Shown: positions 1-8,713, counted from the first letter of the stretch. The stretch: 64,000 nt of DNA from Patescibacteria group bacterium (GCA_028699085.1 JAQVVF010000002.1:3074-67073); one strand, 5' to 3'. Numbers and translations: made by a program. Notes: generated by a model not told the origin, from the sequence alone.

Positions 1-597
1 AGAACAAGTTACTGCAACTTCTGGTAAAATATGAGTTGATAATATAATTGTTTTTTCTTTGCCTAATTCTTTAATTAAATTTCTAATTTCAATAATCTGC
101 TTTGGATCAAGGCCAATTGTTGGCTCATCCAAAATTAAAACTTTTGGATCGCCGATTAAAGCCTGCGCCAAACCAACTCTCTGTTTATAGCCTTTTGAAA
201 GACGAGAGATAATCTCATTCTTCATATGTGAAATACCACAACGCTCCATGATATTCTTGATATGCTGATTTTTCTTTTCTGGTTCGACATCTTTCAATTC
301 TGCAATATATCTTAAAAAAGAATAAACTTCCATATCTTGATATAATGGAGTATTTTCTGGCAAATAACCAATTCTTTTTCTAACTTCTACAGGATCGTTA
401 AAAACATCAAAGCCATCAATTTCTACTTTTCCAGAAGTTGGAGGAAAAAAACCAGTCAAAATTCTCATAGTTGTTGTTTTTCCAGCACCATTAGGACCTA
501 AAAAACCGATTATTTCACCTTTCTGTACTTCAAAAGAAACACCGTCAAGAGCTTTAAAATCTGCGTATGTTTTTGTAAGATTTTCTACTTTAATCAT
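1..597 (-). CDS. ABC transporter ATP-binding protein (partial, truncated by the window start)
   Basis: Reverse translation from ATG at 595-597 reads MIKVENLTKTYADFKALDGV...GPNGAGKTTTMRIL (Walker A)...LSKGYKQRVGLAQAL...LILDEPTIGLD (Walker B). It is absent from the ORF track because it runs off the window edge. Confidence 0.8.
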   Translation of the reverse strand, partial: MIKVENLTKTYADFKALDGVSFEVQKGEIIGFLGPNGAGKTTTMRILTGFFPPTSGKVEIDGFDVFNDPVEVRKRIGYLPENTPLYQDMEVYSFLRYIAELKDVEPEKKNQHIKNIMERCGISHMKNEIISRLSKGYKQRVGLAQALIGDPKVLILDEPTIGLDPKQIIEIRNLIKELGKEKTIILSTHILPEVAVTCS

Positions 598-718
598 AAT
601 GTTAGTGTTTATACCATAATAGCGTCTTGAGTATTTTTGTCAATCAAAGTTATAAACATCTTGACGGATAATATTATTGTGGCTAAATAAAATATTTATT
701 AATTATTTTCAAAATCTC

Positions 719-747
719 TTGACTATTAAAATTAAATCTACTAAACT
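719..747 (+). promoter_or_regulatory. Candidate sigma70 promoter for the tRNA-Arg array (-35 TTGACT 719-724, 17-nt spacer, -10 TAAACT 742-747)
   Basis: Hexamers with 17-nt spacing lie 38 nt upstream of the first tRNA. A second possible pair is TTGACG 661-666 / TAAATA 684-689. Confidence 0.35.
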
Positions 748-784
748 GATATATTAGAAATAAATATTCTTCCCTTCGAAGTTC

Positions 785-861
785 GGACCTGTAGCTCAGC
801 TGGATAGAGCGTCCGTCTCCGGAACGGAAGGTCACCGGTTCGAATCCGGCCAGGTCCACCA
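785..861 (+). tRNA. tRNA-Arg (anticodon CCG)
   Basis: Cloverleaf read by hand: acceptor GGACCTG/CAGGTCC, D-arm GCTCAGCTGGATAGAGC, anticodon stem GTCCG/CGGAA (weak first pair), loop TCTCCGGAA (9 nt, unresolved), T-arm CACCGGTTCGAATCCGGC, encoded CCA. Confidence 0.8.
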
Positions 862-880
862 GCCATTCTTGTTCTTTTTA

Positions 881-953
881 GGCCCCATAGCTCAGTGGAT
901 AGAGCAGCGGTTTCCTAAACCGCGGGTCGCCAGTTCAAGTCTGGCTGGGGTCA
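881..953 (+). tRNA. tRNA-Arg (anticodon CCT)
   Basis: Acceptor GGCCCCA/TGGGGTC (one G-U), anticodon stem GCGGT/ACCGC, loop TTCCTAA, T-arm GCCAGTTCAAGTCTGGC. No encoded CCA. Confidence 0.8.
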
Positions 954-973
954 CAACCACCAGTTTACGGTTA

Positions 974-1049
974 GCGCCTGTAGCTCAGTGGATAGAGCAG
1001 CGGACTTCGAATCCGACTGTCGCAGGTTCAAATCCTGTCAGGCGCGCCA
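974..1049 (+). tRNA. tRNA-Arg (anticodon TCG)
   Basis: Acceptor GCGCCTG/CAGGCGC, D-arm GCTCAGTGGATAGAGC, anticodon loop CTTCGAA, T-arm GCAGGTTCAAATCCTGT, encoded CCA. Confidence 0.8.
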
Positions 1050-1074
1050 AATTCAGATATTCTGTTTGAGTCAA

Positions 1075-1150
1075 GGGCCTGTAGCTCAGTGGATAGAGCA
1101 TCCGCCTTCTAAGCGGAGGGTCGTCGGTTCGAGCCCGATCAGGCCTGCCA
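1075..1150 (+). tRNA. tRNA-Arg (anticodon TCT)
   Basis: Acceptor GGGCCTG/CAGGCCT, anticodon stem TCCGC/GCGGA, loop CTTCTAA, T-arm GTCGGTTCGAGCCCGAT, encoded CCA. Confidence 0.8.
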
Positions 1151-1220
1151 AAGTTTACACTTTTGTAAACAACCAATTTATTTCTTTGCACTTTTAATCA
1201 CAATTATTCTTGTACCTTTA

Positions 1221-1296
1221 GCGCCTGTAGCTCAGTGGATAGAGCACTGGTCTGCGGAACCAGGGGTCGTCGGTTCGAAACCGATCAGGCGCGCCA
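1221..1296 (+). tRNA. tRNA-Arg (apparent anticodon GCG)
   Basis: Acceptor GCGCCTG/CAGGCGC, anticodon stem CTGGT/ACCAG, loop CTGCGGA (positions 34-36 = GCG), T-arm GTCGGTTCGAAACCGAT, encoded CCA. It is near-identical to tRNAs 3 and 4 outside the anticodon arm. Confidence 0.7.
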
Positions 1297-1322
1297 AACA
1301 ACATCTTTGATGTTGTTTTTTC
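1296..1322 (+). terminator. Rho-independent terminator after the tRNA-Arg array
   Basis: Stem CAACATC (1299-1305), loop TTT, stem GATGTTG (1309-1315), then a T6 run. Confidence 0.6.
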
Positions 1323-1395
1323 TTTGACAAAAATTAATAAATTCAGTATTAATTAAAATTATTATAAAAAATTGAAAATTTGCTTAAGAATACTA

Positions 1396-1423
1396 TTGCA
1401 AATATTTTTTAGAAGCCTATAAT
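1396..1423 (+). promoter_or_regulatory. Candidate sigma70 promoter for arcA-argS (-35 TTGCAA 1396-1401, 16-nt spacer, -10 TATAAT 1418-1423)
   Basis: The -10 is a perfect consensus hexamer. It lies about 100 nt upstream of the ATG at 1521, and the leader holds two small hairpins (GGGCAAATGCCC and GCAGGCAAAACCTGC). Confidence 0.45.
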
Positions 1424-1520
1424 GTGCTGAAGCACCTTGACAATTTATTACATTTTTTGAAAAATCGAAAGGGCAAATGCCCTAGCAAAGCAGGCAAAAC
1501 CTGCAAGGAGCAAGAAGAAG

Positions 1521-2774
1521 ATGGAACAAAAAACAAAAGGATTGAAAGTTTATTCTGAAATTGGACGACTCCGTCGAGTCATGATTCATTTCCCTGGTAA
1601 CAACCATGCCTTGATGACTCCTGACAATATCAATCCTGGAAGCGAGAACTATTTGCTCTATGATGATATCGTCAATCCCAAGCGTACCAGACAGGAATTT
1701 CATACCTTTGCCGATATCTTGAGAGCTGTCGCCGAAGTCGTCACCATCGAAGATTTGATGACTGATATTTTCCGCGATCCGCAAATTCGTCTTCATGCAA
1801 TCAATATTGTTGCAAAAATTGAAGGTCTTAACCAAAATGACGCTTCAGAACTCGACTCTCTCGAAGGAGACCAGCTGACGCGTACGTTCATCATCGGCCG
1901 TTACGATGGTCAGATGAATGGCAAGAAATACTTTGAGCCTGATCCCAATTTGATTTTCACTCGCGATATTGCAGCTATTGTTGGCAATCATGCAGTTCTC
2001 TGCTATGCCAGCAAGAAAGCTCGCAATCGTGAGATGGCAATTGTCCGACTTGTTCTGAAATATCATCCGCTCTTCAGCGATCTCAAGTTGATTGACATCA
2101 ACGAAGATACTGATCAAATCGTTACCATTGAAGGCGGAGACATGGCAGTCGTTAGCGACAAAGTAGTTCTGGTTGGATGTTCCGAAAGGACTAACGAAAT
2201 TGCCATTGACCGGCTCGCCAATCGCCTTCTGCAAAATGGTTTCGAAACTGTCGCTCGAGTCAGTCTCGCTGAGGCTCGCTCGTGCATGCACTTGGATACG
2301 ATCTTCACTCGCATTTCTCACAACGAAGCAATTGTTCATGCTCCAATGGTTTTGAAAAATGGTGGCTTGAAAATCGAGTACAGATCGAAGCGTATCAAAG
2401 AATGGACTAGAGATAACAACAACTTGATTAGCTTCCTCTATGCAAACAATATCGAACTTGATCCCATCGTCTGTGGTGGACATAATGAAGTCAATCAGCT
2501 CCGCGAACAGTGGACCGATGGCGCCAACATGTTTGCACTGGCACCCGGAGTAGTCATTGGCTACAACTGCAATGACAATACTCTGCTGGAACTGGGCAAG
2601 CGAGGTTACAAAGTCATCGACGCCGACGAATTCGTCCGCAATTCCGGCTACTACATGTATCGCTACGAGCAGGCTGATTGGAAACTGGCGATTGCTCTGC
2701 CTGGCGCTGAACTCTCTCGCGGCCGCGGCGGTCCTCGCTGTATGACCTGCCCTCTCCTGCGTGATGACGTCTGA
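1521..2774 (+). CDS. arcA: Arginine deiminase (amidinotransferase superfamily)
   Basis: N-terminal VYSEIGRLRRVMIHFPG...LLYDDI, mid FTRD and MHLDTIFT motifs, and C-terminal GGPRCMTCPL catalytic-Cys motif are all characteristic of ADI. The start has an AAGGAG-like RBS. GC content is clearly higher than in neighbouring genes. Confidence 0.8.
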   Translation: MEQKTKGLKVYSEIGRLRRVMIHFPGNNHALMTPDNINPGSENYLLYDDIVNPKRTRQEFHTFADILRAVAEVVTIEDLMTDIFRDPQIRLHAINIVAKIEGLNQNDASELDSLEGDQLTRTFIIGRYDGQMNGKKYFEPDPNLIFTRDIAAIVGNHAVLCYASKKARNREMAIVRLVLKYHPLFSDLKLIDINEDTDQIVTIEGGDMAVVSDKVVLVGCSERTNEIAIDRLANRLLQNGFETVARVSLAEARSCMHLDTIFTRISHNEAIVHAPMVLKNGGLKIEYRSKRIKEWTRDNNNLISFLYANNIELDPIVCGGHNEVNQLREQWTDGANMFALAPGVVIGYNCNDNTLLELGKRGYKVIDADEFVRNSGYYMYRYEQADWKLAIALPGAELSRGRGGPRCMTCPLLRDDV

Positions 2775-2790
2775 TCTAAGGAGTCACCAA

Positions 2791-4656
2791 ATGAAAACTC
2801 AAAATCTTTTGGAATTTGTTTGTTATCAACTTCTTTTCGCTGCACAGACTACTGTCAATCCAGACTTCAGTACAGCCGAATTTTCACCAAGCAAGCTCAA
2901 GAAACCGCCCAAGCCAGAACTTGGCGATTTCGCTTTTCCTTGCTTTCAGTTGAAAGACTTCGGTGATCCCGCAGACATCGCAGTCTACATTCAAGATTTT
3001 CTGCAAACTGCTATTCCAGCCAATGATCTGATCAAGAAGGTTGAAGTCCAAGGACCTTTCGTCAACATTCATCTCAACACCGGAGTTTTGGCCCAATTGG
3101 TCTGCTCACAGATCTTGGAAGAAGGCCCAAACTACGGCACAGGTTCTGTTGGCCACGGCCAGCGCGTCATGATCGAATTCTTGGCTCCAAACAGTAACAA
3201 GCCTTTGCATCTCGGACACGTCCGGAATGCTTTGCTTGGCGCCAGCATCTCTCGAATTTTCCAAGCCATGGGCTTCGAAGTTATTCGCGCCAACTTGATC
3301 AACGATCGAGGTGCCCACATCTGCAAAAGCATCTATGCTTGGCAAACATGGGGCAATGGCGAAACTCCGCAAAGTACTGGCATCAAGGGCGACCACTTCG
3401 TTGGACGCTACTATGCCCTGTATGGAAAGAAGGAAGACGAAGCTTTTGCTGCTCTTCTCACGTCTCAAGGACTTGATCCGCAAGCTCCTTTGGATGACAA
3501 GGAAGAACGCAAAGCTGCTTTCCTGGAACAGTATCCACCAGCCTTGGCTGTCAAAGATATGCTACTGAAATGGGAAGCCAGCGATCCGAAAGTCTTAGCC
3601 CTTTGGCAGATGATGAATGGCTGGACATACGCCGGTTTTGATGCAACCCTCGCCAAACTCGGAATCGTATTCGATCGAATCTACTATGAAAGCACTACCT
3701 ACTTGCTTGGAAGACAACATGTATTGGACGGACTTAGTCGAGGCGTCTTTTACCGCAAAGAAGATGGAGCAGTTTACGCTGACCTAAAAAATGAAGGTCT
3801 TGATGACAAACTGCTTCTCCGATCAGATGGCACTTCAGTTTATATCACTCAAGATATCGGCACTGCGATTTTGAAATCAACAGACTATCAGCCTCTTGCT
3901 CGATCAGTCTATATCGTTGGCTCAGAACAAATTCACCATTTCAAAGTCCTCTTCTTGCTTCTGAAAATGCTTGACATTGAAGAAGTCAAAAATACTCTCC
4001 TCTATCATCTGCCTTATGGCATGGTCAACCTGCCTGAAGGAAAAATGAAGTCACGACTGGGCAAAATCGTTGATGCTGATGACTTGATCAGAAGCATCGT
4101 CGAACTCGCCAGAACTGAAGCTGAAGCTCTCAACGAAGGAAGGGAAGAAAAAATCACTGAAGTCGAACTTGACGAAATCGCTCGGCAAGTCGGACTTGGA
4201 GCGTTGAAATTCTTCTTCCTTGACAGCAAAGCCCTCTCGGAAATGCGCTACGACCCCAAAAAGTCAATCGCATTCAATGGCCGAACTGGACCTTTCGTCC
4301 AATATACGTATGCTAGAATTGCCAGCTTGCTACGGAAAGCTGAAGAAATCAAGGATCCAGCAAAAATTGATTTCTTGACTCTGCACGAAAGCGACGAACA
4401 TTCATTGCTCCTCGCTCTCACAGAGTTTGGAGCAGTAATTCAGGCAGCAGCAGAAAACTACGATCCATCAAAAATTTCTGCTTATCTTTTTGACCTTGCT
4501 AGAATTTTCAATCGATTCTATGCAAGCCATCGAATCTTTTCTGACGATGTGCCAAAGCAAACTCAATTAGCTCGTCTTGCACTTTGCAAATGCACTGGTG
4601 TTGTAATCAAAAAAGGCCTCGATCTCCTAGGAATCGAAGCCCCTGAAAAAATGTAA
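2791..4656 (+). CDS. argS: Arginyl-tRNA synthetase (class I)
   Basis: Start chosen at ATG 2791, which has a AAGGAG RBS at 2778-2783; the ORF track begins at 2761. HIGH-type motif PNSNKPLHLGHVRN and a C-terminal DALR anticodon-binding region (DLARIFNRFY). GC-rich like arcA. Confidence 0.9.
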   Translation: MKTQNLLEFVCYQLLFAAQTTVNPDFSTAEFSPSKLKKPPKPELGDFAFPCFQLKDFGDPADIAVYIQDFLQTAIPANDLIKKVEVQGPFVNIHLNTGVLAQLVCSQILEEGPNYGTGSVGHGQRVMIEFLAPNSNKPLHLGHVRNALLGASISRIFQAMGFEVIRANLINDRGAHICKSIYAWQTWGNGETPQSTGIKGDHFVGRYYALYGKKEDEAFAALLTSQGLDPQAPLDDKEERKAAFLEQYPPALAVKDMLLKWEASDPKVLALWQMMNGWTYAGFDATLAKLGIVFDRIYYESTTYLLGRQHVLDGLSRGVFYRKEDGAVYADLKNEGLDDKLLLRSDGTSVYITQDIGTAILKSTDYQPLARSVYIVGSEQIHHFKVLFLLLKMLDIEEVKNTLLYHLPYGMVNLPEGKMKSRLGKIVDADDLIRSIVELARTEAEALNEGREEKITEVELDEIARQVGLGALKFFFLDSKALSEMRYDPKKSIAFNGRTGPFVQYTYARIASLLRKAEEIKDPAKIDFLTLHESDEHSLLLALTEFGAVIQAAAENYDPSKISAYLFDLARIFNRFYASHRIFSDDVPKQTQLARLALCKCTGVVIKKGLDLLGIEAPEKM

Positions 4657-4679
4657 TTAACTTTGTACTTTGTTTTTAG

Positions 4680-4703
4680 TCCTTCATCTCGAAGGATTTT
4701 TTA
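4680..4703 (+). terminator. Rho-independent terminator after argS
   Basis: Stem TCCTTC (4680-4685), 5-nt loop, stem GAAGGA (4691-4696), then T6. Confidence 0.5.
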
Positions 4704-4712
4704 TTACCTTTT

Positions 4713-5777
4713 TTATTTCTTTTTACTACCAGTCAAAATCAAAACAATTTTCTCGCCTTTTTTAAATTTTATTTTTTTCAATGCTGGAAACACAGTTATT
4801 GCAGTTGGCTCTAAAAAAATTAATTCTTTTTCTTGAATTATTTTATCCCACTTTTTGATTTCATTATCAGTAACTTCGACAACAAAACCTTTTGTCTCTT
4901 TCAATACAAGAATTGCTTTGGGAGAACAATAACTTTCTAAAGCAACAATGCCTTCGGCAATTGAATCATTTATCTTTTTTAATTGATAATATGACTTATT
5001 TTTTTCTAACGCCTTTTTAACTGGATCAGCATTCTTTATTTGTACGCCGATTAGTTGAGGAATCTTTTCAATTTTATTATCCTTTTTCAATATTTCAAAA
5101 CCTCTGAATATACCATGGAACAAACAACCATTTCCAATTGGAATAATTATCTTGTCAGGTAGATTATTCTTAAAACTTTTATATAATTCAAAACTAATTT
5201 CCTGACTGCCTAAATCTCTAAATGAATTTTGTCCAGCAGAAAAATGATATATCTTTTTTTCATTATCAATTACATTTCTGTAAACATCTTCAAAAAATCC
5301 AGGTTTTTTAATTACCTTAGCTCCAAAAGATTTAATTAATTCTAATTTACTTTTTGAAACTTTTTTTGGCACAAAACATTTGCATTTTAATCCAGCTTTT
5401 TTTGCATAATATGCTGCTGATACAGCTGCATTACCAGAAGATATTACTCCAACTTCTTTCACTTTTTGTTCTTTAGCAACATTAATTGCTACAACAGTTT
5501 CTCGATCTTTAAATGATCCTGTTGGATTTAAATTTTCCATTTTTCCAAAAACCTCAATGTTGGGAAAATATTTTTTTAGATTATCAAATTTCTTTAGTGG
5601 CGTGTTGCCTTCTTTCAAACTTAACCATCTTTTTTTCAAGCTCTTTTTCAAAACAGAAATATCTTTAACAACTGGAGTAAAATTATCATAGTATAAATTA
5701 TCCAAACAACACTTTGGATTTTTTTTATCAAAATCAAATTTTTTACCGCACTTTAAACAAACAATTTGCAACTTCAT
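4713..5777 (-). CDS. Threonine synthase-like PLP-dependent enzyme with N-terminal Cys4 zinc ribbon
   Basis: NPTGSFKDRE and ISSGNAAVSAAYYAKKAG motifs (fold-type II PLP enzyme, ThrC hallmark), plus an N-terminal CLKCGKK...CC ribbon. AT-rich codon usage like the bulk genome. Confidence 0.65.
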   Translation of the reverse strand: MKLQIVCLKCGKKFDFDKKNPKCCLDNLYYDNFTPVVKDISVLKKSLKKRWLSLKEGNTPLKKFDNLKKYFPNIEVFGKMENLNPTGSFKDRETVVAINVAKEQKVKEVGVISSGNAAVSAAYYAKKAGLKCKCFVPKKVSKSKLELIKSFGAKVIKKPGFFEDVYRNVIDNEKKIYHFSAGQNSFRDLGSQEISFELYKSFKNNLPDKIIIPIGNGCLFHGIFRGFEILKKDNKIEKIPQLIGVQIKNADPVKKALEKNKSYYQLKKINDSIAEGIVALESYCSPKAILVLKETKGFVVEVTDNEIKKWDKIIQEKELIFLEPTAITVFPALKKIKFKKGEKIVLILTGSKKK

Positions 5778-5816
5778 ATATTAAAAAAAATAATTAATAA
5801 AAAAAAGAATGAAGAA

Positions 5817-6371
5817 TCAATCAACCAGCATCCGGAATTCTCCATTCAGCTCGAAAAGAACAACCTGCAGAGAAAAATCCGGCATTGCTTTTCGCAAAAT
5901 CGCCAAAAGATTTTTCTGCTCTGACTCATAATAATAAGGAACGATATTGATTGCTTCACCTGCAATTTCAGATTTTTTCAAACAGAGTCCAGCATCCAGC
6001 ATTACACAAGTAAACTTGCCACTCGGATATTTCAATTTGATCGTACCATTCAGTTTCCAACTTCCATCTTCTTTCTGCTTGGGACGTCTTCTTGGCGGAA
6101 GCTCCATCAACATCTGAAAAACTCTTTCTGCATCAGGAACCAGAGAAGCTTCATAAGCGATATAATCAGGGTTCGGAGCAAAATCAACAACCAAAGCATC
6201 TCTTTCCGTTTCATCCAGATCTTTTAATTCATGAAAATCATCAATAAACAACATTGTCTTATCATCCAATTGTCTCAATTGCTCCAATATTCTCCAGCCA
6301 ACTACTGACCATAACGTTGGACCCTTTGCTTGATAATAGTGTCCAGCCTCCAAGATCCTTGCTTCTTCCAT
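5817..6371 (-). CDS. Hypothetical protein (GC-rich orphan)
   Basis: Start reassigned to the internal Met (MEEARILE...) at 6369-6371, which is preceded by a GGAGGAGG RBS. The ORF-track extension to 6437 reads through an upstream terminator hairpin. No recognisable motifs. GC-richer than its neighbours. Confidence 0.5.
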   Translation of the reverse strand: MEEARILEAGHYYQAKGPTLWSVVGWRILEQLRQLDDKTMLFIDDFHELKDLDETERDALVVDFAPNPDYIAYEASLVPDAERVFQMLMELPPRRRPKQKEDGSWKLNGTIKLKYPSGKFTCVMLDAGLCLKKSEIAGEAINIVPYYYESEQKNLLAILRKAMPDFSLQVVLFELNGEFRMLVD

Positions 6372-6396
6372 TTTCCTCCTCCTCTCTATCCAAAAG

Positions 6397-6427
6397 CAAA
6401 AAAAAGATCTCGGACTTCCGAGATCTT
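6397..6427 (-). terminator. Strong rho-independent terminator (minus strand)
   Basis: Perfect 10-bp stem AGATCTCGGA/TCCGAGATCT (6405-6426) with a 2-nt loop, followed on the minus strand by T8. Confidence 0.55.
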
Positions 6428-6576
6428 TATGTATCAATTTTTCAAAAAATTAAAGATTCGGGAATCCATTTTCCATTAATTCATTTCTACGACGATTTGT
6501 AATTGCAGTAATATTTTTCATTCACTTTAAAGAATACGCTAAGTCAAAATAAGTGTCAAGTCGATTTTTATAAAAG

Positions 6577-7173
6577 TTATTCTAATTTTCCACCAGTTAT
6601 CTTATCAATATATTCCTTATTTTTCATTAGTATTTTTCCAACTCTAGGATATGCTTTGAATCGATTATAAGATATTTTGAATGGATAAATATCAGCTTTG
6701 TTTTTTTCAACATTAAAAAATGTCCGACAATCTGAATAAGCTAAAATTTTTTCTTCTATTGTTTTTGCTAAAGTATCTTTATTACCTAATCCAATTTTTT
6801 TATTCACTTCTTTTGTCTGACCAACACCGCCCATATGCCGAATACAAACTCTTGCAATTTTTTCCGGCCACTTCATTTTCTTCGCTAGTTCATAACCTCT
6901 TAGTCCATGATAAATTGCTGGCTGTAATTCCTTTGATGCTTTGCTTCCAGAAATCATTCGTCCTAAATCATGAATATAACAACCAATTTTCAAAAAATCC
7001 AAATCAATTTTGTAGCCATTTTTAATTGCTAAATTTGCAATCTTTTTAGAAAAATTCCAAACTACAGTTTCATGATCCCAAGTTTCATCGACTTGCTCTG
7101 ATATACCATTTTCTTTTGCTATTTTTTTCATTAAACTTTTGACTTGTAATAAACTAGGTAATTTTTTCAACAT
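6577..7173 (-). CDS. HD-domain phosphohydrolase
   Basis: H...HD motif (IGCYIHDLGR) and downstream RHMGGVG. The start is ambiguous: the ORF track gives 7221, but Met17 at 7173 avoids overlap with the upstream gene. Confidence 0.6.
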   Translation of the reverse strand: MLKKLPSLLQVKSLMKKIAKENGISEQVDETWDHETVVWNFSKKIANLAIKNGYKIDLDFLKIGCYIHDLGRMISGSKASKELQPAIYHGLRGYELAKKMKWPEKIARVCIRHMGGVGQTKEVNKKIGLGNKDTLAKTIEEKILAYSDCRTFFNVEKNKADIYPFKISYNRFKAYPRVGKILMKNKEYIDKITGGKLE

Positions 7174-8015
7174 ATTTTTGAATCTAAAAAAACAATGAAA
7201 ACTAGATATCCAATTATACATCCAATTGTAATTGGAGGCAATGCCGGAAAAGCTTTTTTTTCTTTCTTAAAATAAAAATAAACATTAATTGCCATAACAC
7301 CAAACAAAGCTCCAATTATTACTAAAACAGAACTTAACGAACTATCTCTCAAAACTGAAACTGCAAAAATAATTGGAAAAGCTAAATCTCCAGTTCCTAA
7401 AAACATAAAATCTTCACCTGGTTTTGCTTTATCTATTCCAGCTAAAAAACCGACTAATTTATTTGGCACAATAATCGATAAATTAGCGCCATTCTCCATC
7501 ATTTTTTTAAACATCAAAACCATATGCTTAGTTTTGAATACAGCAATAAAATCATAGACTGACAAAATAACAAGCATAATAATTATTTGCCCTGGCAAAA
7601 AAGATAATCCGATATAAGAGCTGATCCCAGAAATTGCTAATATAATTGCAATATTATGCGTTAAGACAGAAGGCATAAATCTCCGTAATAAAACTATAAT
7701 CAACGCCAAACCTAATCCTAAATATCCTAATGCAAAAACATCAAAAAATGCTAAACAACCCGAAAACAATAAAACATAAAAAAAACTAGAAAATATAATT
7801 CTACTTTTTGCATACTTAATCACTAATAGAACAACCACAGTACCGACTAAAAAGGCAATCAAAAATTGCCATAATGAATAAGATTGCTTTGCTACTAATT
7901 CTTTTACTTCTTCAACTTGAAAAAGTCGCCAACCCAAATATAAACCTAAAAACTGCGTTATTAAAAATAACAATCCTTCAAAAAACATAAAATTAAAAGA
8001 AAAATTTTTTTCCAA
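7167..8015 (-). CDS. Presenilin/signal-peptide-peptidase-like GxGD intramembrane aspartyl protease (family A22-like)
   Basis: Polytopic membrane protein carrying YD (SVYDFIAV), GxGD (FLGTGDLAFP) and PAL (AFPALPP) motifs in the canonical order and spacing. Confidence 0.5.
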   Translation of the reverse strand: MEKNFSFNFMFFEGLLFLITQFLGLYLGWRLFQVEEVKELVAKQSYSLWQFLIAFLVGTVVVLLVIKYAKSRIIFSSFFYVLLFSGCLAFFDVFALGYLGLGLALIIVLLRRFMPSVLTHNIAIILAISGISSYIGLSFLPGQIIIMLVILSVYDFIAVFKTKHMVLMFKKMMENGANLSIIVPNKLVGFLAGIDKAKPGEDFMFLGTGDLAFPIIFAVSVLRDSSLSSVLVIIGALFGVMAINVYFYFKKEKKAFPALPPITIGCIIGYLVFIVFLDSKIC

Positions 8016-8114
8016 AATTTTAAAATTATTTTATATAACACTATTTTATCATTTTTATAAAAAATAGAAATAAATAACAAAAAATCGTGGTTTTTCCACG
8101 ATTTTTAATTTATC

Positions 8115-8687
8115 TTATTTTTCGCCTACCAACTGCACTGCATCAATTTCTGTCCATTCATTAGGAGCTTTTGTAGTATCAAGTGTAATCTTCACAGTCT
8201 TTACTAAATAATCAGTCTTGTTAAATTTTAATTGCAAATTATTTATTCCTTTTGTTGGATCATCTCCTGTCCAAATCTGATGATATTTACCGTTAGTATC
8301 CTTTAATTCAATCTTTGTTACTGCACCACTTCCATAACTTTCTTTTACTCTTACAGCAGTTGCATGAACAGCAGTAGCAAAATTAACTTCTAATGTCTCG
8401 ATGCCAACATTTTTATCCTTTGGAGCCCAAGCATTTACATCATCAGAATAAGCATTTACATTTGGTTTGCCAATTGCTTGTTTTGCTGACCAGGATTCAT
8501 CATTCTTAGCATTATTATAGGTCGATGAAGCAATCGCACTCACTGCCCATTGTCCGTTCTCATCTGACAAAATCTGACTATCAGGAACATTACTAATTGT
8601 TGCAGTTTGATTTTTGCTACAACCTGCACCAATTCCAACCAATACGATTGTCAAAAAAAATATCACAAGATAAATCCTCTTTTTCAT
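8115..8687 (-). CDS. Secreted lipoprotein, function unknown
   Basis: Signal peptide with lipobox (LVGIGAGC|SKN); the rest looks soluble and beta-rich. Confidence 0.5.
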   Translation of the reverse strand: MKKRIYLVIFFLTIVLVGIGAGCSKNQTATISNVPDSQILSDENGQWAVSAIASSTYNNAKNDESWSAKQAIGKPNVNAYSDDVNAWAPKDKNVGIETLEVNFATAVHATAVRVKESYGSGAVTKIELKDTNGKYHQIWTGDDPTKGINNLQLKFNKTDYLVKTVKITLDTTKAPNEWTEIDAVQLVGEK

Positions 8688-8713
8688 ATTTTTTACTAAT
8701 ATTTCATAAAAAA

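Noticed and set aside
869-1197. ORF-track ORFs 869..1069(+), 985..1191(-) and 988..1197(+)
   Set aside because: They lie entirely over the tRNA-Arg genes and spacers. The high GC of the tRNAs creates spurious open frames.
2114-3656. Multiple short ORFs on both strands inside arcA and argS
   Set aside because: Nested in long, motif-supported CDSs within GC-rich DNA, where stop codons are rare in all frames.
6254-6502. 82-aa plus-strand ORF
   Set aside because: It overlaps the start of gene 5817..6371 and that gene's upstream terminator hairpin. It has no RBS and a low-complexity product.
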